64,000 bases of DNA, taken from assembly GCA_965203465.1 (NCBI GenBank), contig CBDBCR010000001.1:544001-608000 (forward strand), in the 5' to 3' direction. Source of the DNA: Nitrosopumilaceae archaeon. Its GTDB lineage: Archaea > Thermoproteota > Nitrososphaeria > Nitrososphaerales > Nitrosopumilaceae. This document shows, piece after piece, positions 49,839 through 58,577 of the stretch. The position numbers and the translations under genes are program-made. The notes beneath the pieces are model-generated. The model made no database searches. It was not told the origin of the DNA and was given only the letters and a program-made list of their open reading frames with translations. Numbering within the stretch: position 1 is the stretch's first letter; each line of letters begins with the position of its first letter.

Positions 49839-50501
49839 TCAGGCGGCCATGCGGCGCACCTGCGCCAGGCTGTACTGGCCGGGCGCGACCGGCGGGCCCA
49901 TCGAGACGTACGTCCACGGGCTGCCCATGTACAGGCACAGTATCCGCGAGAGGCGGCCGTGCTCGCCCATCGAAAAGGCCACCAGGCTGCCGCCCTCGAA
50001 GCCAGAGTACAGCGAGAGGGTGCGCGCCGCGTCGGCCGGCCCCGCGGCCGTCGTGACCATCTTTACGTGCGGCGAGAGGCGCCGCATGGACGCGAGCCTG
50101 CGGGCAAGCTGAGCCGAGGGGGGCGTCCCCCCAAAGTCGTGCCACGACGCGAGTATCGGGGTGCCTGTGCCGCGCACGTACGAGGCCAGATCGGAGCTGC
50201 GCGAAAGCGCCGAGGCCTCGATGTCCGCCATGTGCGGGCCGTACTCGGCTATCAGCTTCAGGACTGATACGCGCTCCGCTTCCGTGCCGGAAAAAAAGCC
50301 GCCCTGCGAGGCCGGCCTCAGGGTGCAGACGCAGCGCGCAAGGCCCCTGCCGACGGCCTCGAGGGCCCGCGGCACCGAGGCCGGCCTGAGGAAGTCCAGG
50401 CGCAGCTCCGCGTACTCGGAGGAGCGCAGCGCCGTTTTAGCGCGGGCCGCCATGGCCCCGGGGGTCTTTGCGGCGACCGAGACGCACGTAGTGTACTTCA
50501 T
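49839..50501 (-). CDS. aroD: 3-dehydroquinate dehydratase, type I
   Basis: ELRLD, TLR...GG, SWHDF..TP, MG..G.LSR, APGQ. Confidence 0.92.
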   Translation of the reverse strand: MKYTTCVSVAAKTPGAMAARAKTALRSSEYAELRLDFLRPASVPRALEAVGRGLARCVCTLRPASQGGFFSGTEAERVSVLKLIAEYGPHMADIEASALSRSSDLASYVRGTGTPILASWHDFGGTPPSAQLARRLASMRRLSPHVKMVTTAAGPADAARTLSLYSGFEGGSLVAFSMGEHGRLSRILCLYMGSPWTYVSMGPPVAPGQYSLAQVRRMAA

Positions 50502-51529
50502 TTCTCCAGTATGCTCTCGTCGGAGACCTCTACGCCAAAGTGCCTGCCCGCCGCGGGCCGCGAATGCACCATCACCCTGTCGCCCTCCTTTAGGTGCGTG
50601 ACCGGGACGAGCCTGCCGTCGGGGCGCACGAAGCGTATGGTCTCGGCGTCCTGCGCTATTATGCCGCCGGTCCTGCCGCCTGCCGAAGCTTTGACCATGA
50701 GCATCGGGCGCCGCTCTATCTTGGAGCGGCCCACGGCGACGCGCCGCGCCCGGCCGCCGCTGCCGACCACGAGCACCTCGCTGCCCGACTCCAGCTCGGA
50801 GAGGTAGCGGGTAGTGCCGTCCGGCGCCAGCGTGTAGCAGTGGACAGCGCCGGCGTTGACTCGGAAAGGCCGCGGGGACGTAAACGACGAGCCGACCGAC
50901 TCGTTGTGGACCAGAAACATGAAATTGGAGCTGCTGCCCACCAGCATCCCCTCGCCGGCGCCCAGCATGGACACCGTGTCCACGCACACGCGCTCGCCGT
51001 CGCCCACCTCCTTTACCTCGAGTATCTTGCCCGGCGAGGTGGAGAGGCTCAGCGCGCCCATGCGCGAGAGGATCTCGCGCGCCCCGCCGGCCGACGAGGC
51101 GGGGAGTATGACGCCGTCGACGCCCACCTCTAGCACGGAGAACATCTTGCGCGCCTCGGCCGGGCTGGAGGCCGAGACGTATATCCTCGTGCCGGTCTTG
51201 CGCGCCCTGGCCACGATGTTTTCCAGCGGTATTATCTTCCAGTCGACCGACTCTATGACGGCGAAAGGCACGCCGCGCTCGGCCGCCTCGACAAGCGCGT
51301 CGATGTCCGCGTTCGACTTTACCCTGAACCGGGCGCCCGCCTTCCTGGAGCGGCCCCCCACCACCATGTCCGCGTCGGCGGATTCGTGCATGGTCGAAAG
51401 GCCGTGCTTGCGCGTGTACCTCGACGGCTTGGCGTATACGGTCTTTACGCCGGCGCGCGCAAGCTCGCCGAGCAGCCTGTCCTGCCCGCCCGCGCGGGCG
51501 CGCGGGGCCACCACGAGTTCCTTAGCCAA
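50498..51529 (-). CDS. aroB': 3-dehydroquinate synthase II (archaeal AroB')
   Basis: WKIIPLEN, GERVCVDT, RPFRVNAG, QDAETIR. Confidence 0.92.
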   Translation of the reverse strand: MAKELVVAPRARAGGQDRLLGELARAGVKTVYAKPSRYTRKHGLSTMHESADADMVVGGRSRKAGARFRVKSNADIDALVEAAERGVPFAVIESVDWKIIPLENIVARARKTGTRIYVSASSPAEARKMFSVLEVGVDGVILPASSAGGAREILSRMGALSLSTSPGKILEVKEVGDGERVCVDTVSMLGAGEGMLVGSSSNFMFLVHNESVGSSFTSPRPFRVNAGAVHCYTLAPDGTTRYLSELESGSEVLVVGSGGRARRVAVGRSKIERRPMLMVKASAGGRTGGIIAQDAETIRFVRPDGRLVPVTHLKEGDRVMVHSRPAAGRHFGVEVSDESILEK

Positions 51530-52304
51530 GGCGGGCTGACGCCTCCTGCGCGGACGCGCCCTCGAAGACCACGTCGGCAAGCGCGCGGCACATGTCCGCC
51601 GGCCTCCGGTGCGCAAAGACGTTCCTCCCGAACGTCACGCCGGCAGCGCCCGACTTTACGGACTGCTCAGCCATCCTCAGCAGGTCCAGGTCGCTCGAGG
51701 CGCGCGGCCCGCCGGCCACCACGACGGGCACCGGCGTGGAGCGCACCACGCGAGAAAACGACTCCGCGTCGCCGGTGTACACCGTCTTTACTATGTCTGC
51801 GCCGCACTCGGCGCCTATCCGGGCCGCGTGCGCGACCACTCCGGGCTCGTGCGGGTCGGGCACGTTCTCGCCGCGCGGGTACATCATGGCCAGCAGCGGC
51901 ACCGACCATGCCTGGCAGCGCTCGGCCGCGGCCCCCAGCTGCTCTAGCATCTCGGGCTCTTCCTTGCCGCCTATGTTGATGTGCAGCGAGACGCCGTCGG
52001 CCCCCATGCGCACGGCCTCCTCGACGGTGCCGGTTACCATCTTGCGGTTGGGCGAGAGCGACCTTGACGTGCTGGCCGAAAAATGCACCAGCACGCCGCA
52101 CCGCGGAGGCCTCGGCATCGACTTTAGCACGCCCTTGTTGACTATGACCGACGTTATGCCGCTGCCCTCGCAGGCGTACGCGGTCCGGTGCGGATCCTCG
52201 AGGCCCTCGACGGGCCCGCTCGACACGCCGTGATCCATGGGGATGGCCAGCATCTTGCCGCCGCGCGTTATGCGCGACATCCTGATCTCGAAGCCGCTTG
52301 CCAC
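51522..52304 (-). CDS. aroA': 2-amino-3,7-dideoxy-D-threo-hept-6-ulosonate synthase (AroA')
   Basis: PMDHG, MMYPRG, GADIVKT.YTG; operon context. Confidence 0.88.
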   Translation of the reverse strand: MASGFEIRMSRITRGGKMLAIPMDHGVSSGPVEGLEDPHRTAYACEGSGITSVIVNKGVLKSMPRPPRCGVLVHFSASTSRSLSPNRKMVTGTVEEAVRMGADGVSLHINIGGKEEPEMLEQLGAAAERCQAWSVPLLAMMYPRGENVPDPHEPGVVAHAARIGAECGADIVKTVYTGDAESFSRVVRSTPVPVVVAGGPRASSDLDLLRMAEQSVKSGAAGVTFGRNVFAHRRPADMCRALADVVFEGASAQEASARLG

Positions 52305-52575
52305 GGGGCCGGCCCCCGGCGTCCTCTTAAAAATCGTTCAGGAGCCCCGCGTCTGCTGTCCAGAACTTGGCATCGCCCCGCGGGCGGGGCCTCCGCCCGC
52401 CCCTCGCGCACGGGATCGTCCGCGGCATGACGGGGGCGGCGGCCGCCAAGGGCTAGCGCGGGGCCGGCAGACGCATATCGCCCGCCCCCGGTCCGGGCGT
52501 TCGCTTTCCGGCATGTCGCGCCCGGACGAGCCGCCCGCGCCGAATACATAAGTGGGCCCCCGACGCTCGCCCGCC

Positions 52576-53160
52576 GTGGCAAGGCGGTCGAGCGTGAGGC
52601 GCCAGACTGGCGAGACGCGCGTCTCTGCGTCCGTAAACATCGACGGCGCGGGCAGGGCCTCGGCCGACACGGGCGTCGGCTTCATAGACCACCTGATAAC
52701 GGCCCTTGGCAGGCACTCGATGATGGACGTATCGGTGCGCGCCGAGTCAAAGGACGGCATCGTGCACCACCTCGTGGAGGACGTGGCCATAACGCTCGGC
52801 TCGGCCGTGGACCGGGCCCTGGGCGGCCGCGAAAAGATATGCAGGTTCGGCCAGGCCTCGGTCCCCATGGACGAGTCGGTAGCCGAGGCCGTGGTGGACC
52901 TGGTGCGCAGGCCGTACCACCGCACCTCGCTCTCGCTCAAGAGGCAGCGCACCGAGGGCGTCGAGCGCGAGGACCTGGAGCACTTTTTCCAGTCGCTGCT
53001 GCAGAACATGTCCTGCTGCGTGCACCTAGACGTGGTGCGCGGCTCCAACGACCACCACAAGGCCGAGGCCGCCGCAAAGGCGCTCGCGGTGGCCTTGCGC
53101 CGGGCCGCGGCCAAAGACCCGCGCCAAAAGGGCGCGCCGAGCACAAAGGGCGTGATGTGA
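52576..53160 (+). CDS. hisB: Imidazoleglycerol-phosphate dehydratase
   Basis: HHLVED, PMDE, NDHHKAEA, PSTKG. Confidence 0.95.
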   Translation: MARRSSVRRQTGETRVSASVNIDGAGRASADTGVGFIDHLITALGRHSMMDVSVRAESKDGIVHHLVEDVAITLGSAVDRALGGREKICRFGQASVPMDESVAEAVVDLVRRPYHRTSLSLKRQRTEGVEREDLEHFFQSLLQNMSCCVHLDVVRGSNDHHKAEAAAKALAVALRRAAAKDPRQKGAPSTKGVM

Positions 53161-53753
53161 TGCGCGTCGGCATACTCGACTACGGCGCCGGCAACATACT
53201 GAGCCTCAAGAACGCGCTGGAGCGGCAGGGCGCCTCGGTCGGCGTGGAGCGGCGCGCCGACCGGCTGTCAGGCTACGCGGGCGCCGTGCTGCCCGGCGTG
53301 GGCAGCTTTGATCCGGCCATGCGCGTCATGGGCGGGACCGGCGACATCAAAGAGTCGTGCGGCGACAGGCCCGTTCTCGGAATCTGCCTCGGCATGGAGG
53401 CGTTCTTCGAGTCGAGCGCCGAGGGGAGCCTGCCGGGCCTGGGCGTCGTGTCCGGCTCGGTGGTGCCGCTGCCCGGGACACTCAAGGTGCCGCACATGGG
53501 GTGGAACTCGCTGGACATCACGGGCCGGAGCCCGCTGCTCGACGGCGTGGACGACGGCGCGTGGGCGTACTTTGTCCACTCGTACTTTGCGCGCCCAGGC
53601 GAGGACGTCGTCTCGGCCGAATCGGACTACGGGGTGCGGGTGCCTGCCGTCGTCTCCAAAAAGAACTATTTCGGCACGCAGTTCCACCCCGAAAAGTCGG
53701 GCGGGGCGGGGGCGCGCATGCTGGCCAACTTTCTGCGGGAGTGCTCCAGGTGA
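53160..53753 (+). CDS. hisH: IGP synthase glutaminase subunit
   Basis: DYGAGN, GICLG, PHMGWN, QFHPEKS. Confidence 0.95.
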   Translation: MRVGILDYGAGNILSLKNALERQGASVGVERRADRLSGYAGAVLPGVGSFDPAMRVMGGTGDIKESCGDRPVLGICLGMEAFFESSAEGSLPGLGVVSGSVVPLPGTLKVPHMGWNSLDITGRSPLLDGVDDGAWAYFVHSYFARPGEDVVSAESDYGVRVPAVVSKKNYFGTQFHPEKSGGAGARMLANFLRECSR

Positions 53754-54454
53754 TAGCCATCCCGGCCATCGACGTGATGGGCGGCAGGGTTGTCAGGCTG
53801 TACAGGGGCGATCCGCAGAGGAGCACCGTGTACGGCAGCGATCCGGCAGAGGCGGCGCGCAGGTGGCGCGACGGGGGGGCCGCGATGCTCCACGTGGTGG
53901 ACCTGGACGCGGCGCTGGGGCGCGGCGACAACTCCGAGCACGTAAAGAGGGCCGCGCGCGCGGTAGACATACCGGTGCAGGTCGCCGGCGGGCTGCGCAC
54001 GCCCGGGGCCGTCGCGGCGGCGCTCGAATTCGCCGACCGCGCGGTGGTCGGCACCATGGCCTTCGAGGACCGCGCCTCGCTCGAGGCCGCCGGCGACGAG
54101 TGCGGCCGCTCGCGCATAGTCGTCTCTGCCGACCACAGCGACGGCAGGATAGTCACGCGCGGCTGGCAGCGCGGCACCGGCATCGGGGTGCCGGAGGCCG
54201 TCAGGCGGCTGGTCGGCGACGGCTTTGCCGACGTGCTGCTCACGCACGTGGGCAGGGACGGCACCATGGACGGCCCGGACACCGAGCACCTGGGGGCCGC
54301 GTGCGCCGTAGGGGGCGCGCGCGTGATAGCGAGCGGCGGCATATCGGGGCCCGACGACGTGGATCTGGTGCGCGAGGCGGGGGCCGCCGCGGTGGTGCTC
54401 GGCAGGGCGCTGTACGAGGGGCGCGTGACGGCGGCAGGCGGGCGCCCGTGCTGA
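53750..54454 (+). CDS. hisA: ProFAR isomerase
   Basis: IPAID, HVVDLD.A, GGLR, ASGG. Confidence 0.93.
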   Translation: MIAIPAIDVMGGRVVRLYRGDPQRSTVYGSDPAEAARRWRDGGAAMLHVVDLDAALGRGDNSEHVKRAARAVDIPVQVAGGLRTPGAVAAALEFADRAVVGTMAFEDRASLEAAGDECGRSRIVVSADHSDGRIVTRGWQRGTGIGVPEAVRRLVGDGFADVLLTHVGRDGTMDGPDTEHLGAACAVGGARVIASGGISGPDDVDLVREAGAAAVVLGRALYEGRVTAAGGRPC

Positions 54455-55203
54455 CAAGGCGCGTGATCCCGTGCCTCGACGTGGACGCGGGCAGGGTGGT
54501 CAAGGGGATAGAGTTCGGCTCGATCCGCGACGCCGGCGATCCAGTCGAGATGGCCTCGCGGTACGTCCAAGAGGGAGCCGACGAGCTCGTATTCCTGGAC
54601 ATCACGGCCTCGGAGCAGAAGCGCGCCACCGTGGCCCGGCTGGTCTCGGACGTGGCCGCCGTGCTCGACATACCGTTTTCGGTGGGCGGCGGCGTTTCCA
54701 GCATGGAGGACGCGCGCAACATACTGCTCAGCGGCGCCGACAAGGTGGGCGTGAACACGGCCGCCGTGCGGAACCCGCAGCTGCTCGCCGAGCTTGCCGA
54801 CGCGTTCGGCAGGCAGTGCGTCGTGCTAGCCATAGACGCAAAGCGCGGGCCCGGCGGGTACGGGGTGTACACGCACGGCGGCAAAAAGGCGGCCGGCCTC
54901 GACGCGCTAGAGTGGGCCAAGGAGGGGGCGAGGCTCGGCGCCGGCGAGATACTGCTTACCAGCATGGACATGGACGGGACCGGCGGCGGGTACGACCACC
55001 GGCTGTGCCGGTCGGTCTCGGAATCGGTCGGGGTGCCGGTCATCGCCTCGGGCGGGTGCGGCTCGGCCGGGCACATGGCCGACGTGTTCGAAAAGACGGG
55101 CGTGGACGCGGCCCTCGCCGCCACCATATTCCACTACGAGCGGACCTCGGTCGGCGCGGTCAAGAAACACCTGGCGGGCCGCGGCATCCCCGTAAGGTTT
55201 TAA
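54448..55203 (+). CDS. hisF: IGP synthase cyclase subunit
   Basis: RVIPCLDV, FLDITAS, GAGEILLTS.D.DGT. Confidence 0.95.
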   Translation: MLTRRVIPCLDVDAGRVVKGIEFGSIRDAGDPVEMASRYVQEGADELVFLDITASEQKRATVARLVSDVAAVLDIPFSVGGGVSSMEDARNILLSGADKVGVNTAAVRNPQLLAELADAFGRQCVVLAIDAKRGPGGYGVYTHGGKKAAGLDALEWAKEGARLGAGEILLTSMDMDGTGGGYDHRLCRSVSESVGVPVIASGGCGSAGHMADVFEKTGVDAALAATIFHYERTSVGAVKKHLAGRGIPVRF

Positions 55204-55229
55204 GCGGAAGGGCCGGAGCGCGCACGCGC

Positions 55230-55535
55230 TTGATAGACTTTGAAAAGGCCGGCGGGCTCGTGCCGGTCATAGTGCAGGACGCCGATTCGCTGCAGGTGCT
55301 GACCCTGGCGTACGCCAACAAAGACGCCCTCGAGCTGGCGCAAAAGACGGGCAAGTCGTGGTTCTGGAGCAGGTCGCGCAAAAAGCTCTGGATGAAGGGC
55401 GAAGAATCGGGCAACACGCAAAAGATACGCAGGATACTTGCCGACTGCGATTCGGACGCGCTCATATACATGGTGGAGCCGTCGGGGCCGGCGTGCCACA
55501 CCGGCAGCCGCACGTGCTTTTTCAACGAAGTCTAG
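55230..55535 (+). CDS. hisI: Phosphoribosyl-AMP cyclohydrolase
   Basis: WSRSR..LW.KGEESG, DCDSD, ACHTG..TCF. Confidence 0.95.
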   Translation: MIDFEKAGGLVPVIVQDADSLQVLTLAYANKDALELAQKTGKSWFWSRSRKKLWMKGEESGNTQKIRRILADCDSDALIYMVEPSGPACHTGSRTCFFNEV

Positions 55536-55993
55536 CAGACGTCCTCGAACCGGTGCTCCTGGCCGGGCACCTTTACGCCTCCGTCTATCTCGAAGCGCAG
55601 CGGCGGGTACGGCGTGCCCTCGAAAGCGACGATCCACCAGCCTGCAAGATCCTCCCCGCTACATATGCCGGCCGGCTTGAACGGGACCGGGGTAAAGTAC
55701 TGGTTGAACGGGGTGTTGCGGCCCTCGAACGGTATGGTCTTGTAGGGCACGTGCCCCCCGCCGGACGGGCGGAGGAACTCGATGCTGCCGCTGACCGACG
55801 GATCCGTCTCGGAGACGACCAAGAATATGTTCTCGCCGAGCGCGTACTCGGAGCTGTCCAGCTCGAACGGCCCCGAGGACTGCGGCGCCTTGGCCCGGTC
55901 GGGATCGTACTGCGGTGCCGACGCGGATAGCGCCACGACCGAGATTATGGCCGCCGCGGCGGCCGCCGCCCCGGCCATTGCGCGCCTGTCCAC
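55532..55993 (-). CDS. Exported hypothetical protein
   Basis: Hydrophobic N-terminus; SGPF.LD..EY.LGENIF. Confidence 0.7.
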   Translation of the reverse strand: MDRRAMAGAAAAAAAIISVVALSASAPQYDPDRAKAPQSSGPFELDSSEYALGENIFLVVSETDPSVSGSIEFLRPSGGGHVPYKTIPFEGRNTPFNQYFTPVPFKPAGICSGEDLAGWWIVAFEGTPYPPLRFEIDGGVKVPGQEHRFEDVC

Positions 55994-56134
55994 GGCCGCG
56001 CGCGCACGCGCGGGCGGTAAAAATCTTTGGGGTTGCCGCGGGGCGAAAAGGGCCCCGCGGCTTTGCGGCCCCTTTGAGGGGCCATGTAGCAAGGAAGGGA
56101 CGGCCCTTACTCGCCGCGTCCGTATAAAAGAGGA

Positions 56135-56374
56135 CTATTCCTGCCCCTCGATGCCCATCAGGGTCAGGGTGGAGCGGATCTTTGCTATCTTGCGCACCTT
56201 CCAGGTTATCGTCTCGCGCAGCTTTTCGACCTGGTCTGACTCTATCTTGGCCAGTATGTCGTAGGCGCCGAATGTGCCGTGCACCTCGACGACCCCGTCG
56301 ATGGTCTTGAGCTCGCCTATGACGGCCTCTTCGGAGCCCAGCTCGCAGTTGATAAGCACGTATGCTGTTGCCAT
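56135..56374 (-). CDS. Lrp/AsnC ligand-binding (RAM) domain protein
   Basis: AYVLINC..G, G.YDI..K, IRSTLTL. Confidence 0.9.
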   Translation of the reverse strand: MATAYVLINCELGSEEAVIGELKTIDGVVEVHGTFGAYDILAKIESDQVEKLRETITWKVRKIAKIRSTLTLMGIEGQE

Positions 56375-56973
56375 GCCGCCCGTAGGGGGCGCGAATTATT
56401 TAACCTTGGCCGCGCATTGGCCTCACACATGGGGGGTTTGCGCCGCGTTTGACGGACGAGTGTCACCTGCCCGCGCCAACACTCCTAAGGACGGACCGGC
56501 GCTTTTCGGCGTGGAAACCAGAAAGGCGAGGCCAAGGATCGGCCCGGTACGGAAGCGCGGCCCGTCTTTGCGGCCATGCTCGCGGCGGGCGGCGGCCCCT
56601 TGGCGGCGAGCCTGCCGTCCGGCACCGTGGCCGGGGCCTGGCCCTTGTTTTGGCGTGACCGGCAGGGCCGTTCACGCCGTGGACCGCGTTCGGCACAGGC
56701 GCCGGATTCTCTGGCAGAGCCGATCGACAAGACATCGGAATCTCGGGGCAGAATATGGGTTCCAGGGCGGCACCGCGGGGCTGCCGGAGCATGACAAAGA
56801 ACGGCGGCGCTGGGGCCTGGCGGACTTGCCCGAACCGGGCGGGGGCATTTACAGACGGCCGAGCCGGCGCGCGTCGCGGACGGGATTCGTTCAAGACTGC
56901 TGGCAGCGCGGCCCCGGCGCGCGCAAGCCGCGCCCGCCCGGAAGGCGGCTGCCCGGGCGAAACCGGCGCCGCG

Positions 56974-57618
56974 TCACGCTCCTAGTTTCTTCCAGTCGGC
57001 AAGGAAGGCGGCCAGCCCCGAATCGGTTAGCGGGTGGCGCATCATCTTGTCGAGCACCGCCGGCGGCAGCGTGGCCACGTCGGCGCCGGCCTTTGCGGCC
57101 TCTATGACGTGCAGCGGGTGGCGCACGCTTGCCACCAGGACCTCGGTCTCAAAGTCGTAGTTTGAGAATATCTCCACCATGTCGCGCACCAGTTCCATGC
57201 CCTCCTGGCCGGCGTCGTCCAGCCTGCCTATGAACGGGCTGACGTACTTTGCGCCCGACTTTGCGGCCAGCAGCGCCTGGTTTGCAGAAAAGACGAGCGT
57301 GACGTTGACCGGCGTGCCCTCCGAGGACAGCGCGCGGCACGCGCGCAGGCCGTCGGGCGTCATGGGCACCTTTACGACCACGTTGGGCGCGTAGCCGGCA
57401 AGGCGCCTCCCCTCGGACAGCATCTGCTCGTATTCGGTGGCTATGACCTCTAGGCTCACGTCGCCCTTTACTATGGAGGCTATCTCGCGCATGGCGCGCG
57501 CCGGATCGCCCCCCTCGCGCGAAAGGAGCGTGGGGTTGGTCGTGATGCCGTCGACCAGGCCCATGTCGTTGTACTTGCGTATGGCCCCGGCGTTGGCGGT
57601 ATCCAGGAATATCTTCAT
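56974..57618 (-). CDS. tal: Transaldolase (FSA-type)
   Basis: FLDTAN, TTNPTL, VVKVP, SPFIGRLDD. Confidence 0.93.
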   Translation of the reverse strand: MKIFLDTANAGAIRKYNDMGLVDGITTNPTLLSREGGDPARAMREIASIVKGDVSLEVIATEYEQMLSEGRRLAGYAPNVVVKVPMTPDGLRACRALSSEGTPVNVTLVFSANQALLAAKSGAKYVSPFIGRLDDAGQEGMELVRDMVEIFSNYDFETEVLVASVRHPLHVIEAAKAGADVATLPPAVLDKMMRHPLTDSGLAAFLADWKKLGA

Positions 57619-58577
57619 CTCTTGCCCGCCATCCTGCGCGCGGCCTCTGCTATATTAACCGGCGCGATCCCGTGCTTGGCCAGCAGCCGGGGCACCTCGG
57701 CGTCGCGCGCCGACTCGCCGAACGCGTCCTGCGCGCCGATGCGGTGCACCGGGACGGGGTATGAAGAGCACACGGCCTCTGCCACCGCCGAGCCGGCGCC
57801 GGCAAGCACGTTGTGCTCCTCGCAGGTCACGATGCCGCCGGTCTGGCGCGCCGCCTTTTCCACCGCGCAGGCGTCGAGCGGCTTTACCGAAAACACGTCG
57901 AGCACCCTGCACGAGACGCCCTCGCGCGCCAGCGTCTCGGCGGCCTCGAGGGCCATCCGCACCGTTATGCCGCAGGCGGCGATGGTGCAGTCCGCGCCGT
58001 CGCGCAGCGTCACGGCCCTGCCGGGTTCTATGCGCTGCGAGCCATCGTGGACCTCGGGCGTCGACGAGCGCGACATGCGCATGTAGTGCGGCCCCGGCCG
58101 CTCTGCCATCGAGCGCGTCAGGGCCGAGACCGACGCGCCGTCTGCTGGCACCAGGACCGTAAAGTTGGGGATGGCGCGCATTATCGCTATGTCCTCTATC
58201 TGCTGGTGCGATCCGCCGTCGGCGCCCACCGAGAGGCCGCCGTGGGAGACGACTATCTTGACGTCCAGCCCCCTGCCGGCGCCGCGCGAGGGGTATGCCA
58301 CCGAGTTGCGCAGCTGGTCCACGGCGCGCCCGGGCAGGAATATGGCGTACGTGCTTGCAAACGCCTTCTTGCCCGAGGACGCCAGCCCGGCGGCCATGGA
58401 CACCATGTTCGCCTCGGCTATGCCGACGTTGAAGAAGCGTTCGGGAAACTCTTTCCCAAAGGCCGACGTCTTTAGCGAGCCGGTCGTGTCAGCGCCGAGC
58501 ACCACGACCGACTCGTCGGAGCGCCCGAGCTCGACGAGCGCGCTGCCGTACGCGGCGCGCATGTCGCTCAAGCGCAC
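57615..58577 (-). CDS. Transketolase C-terminal subunit
   Basis: NVGIAE, DGGSHQ..ED, EEH...G.GS. Confidence 0.92.
   Translation of the reverse strand: MRLSDMRAAYGSALVELGRSDESVVVLGADTTGSLKTSAFGKEFPERFFNVGIAEANMVSMAAGLASSGKKAFASTYAIFLPGRAVDQLRNSVAYPSRGAGRGLDVKIVVSHGGLSVGADGGSHQQIEDIAIMRAIPNFTVLVPADGASVSALTRSMAERPGPHYMRMSRSSTPEVHDGSQRIEPGRAVTLRDGADCTIAACGITVRMALEAAETLAREGVSCRVLDVFSVKPLDACAVEKAARQTGGIVTCEEHNVLAGAGSAVAEAVCSSYPVPVHRIGAQDAFGESARDAEVPRLLAKHGIAPVNIAEAARRMAGKR

Noticed and set aside
21756-55535. purS/purC and hisG/D/C absent from the clusters
   Set aside because: Likely encoded elsewhere; loss cannot be inferred from one window.
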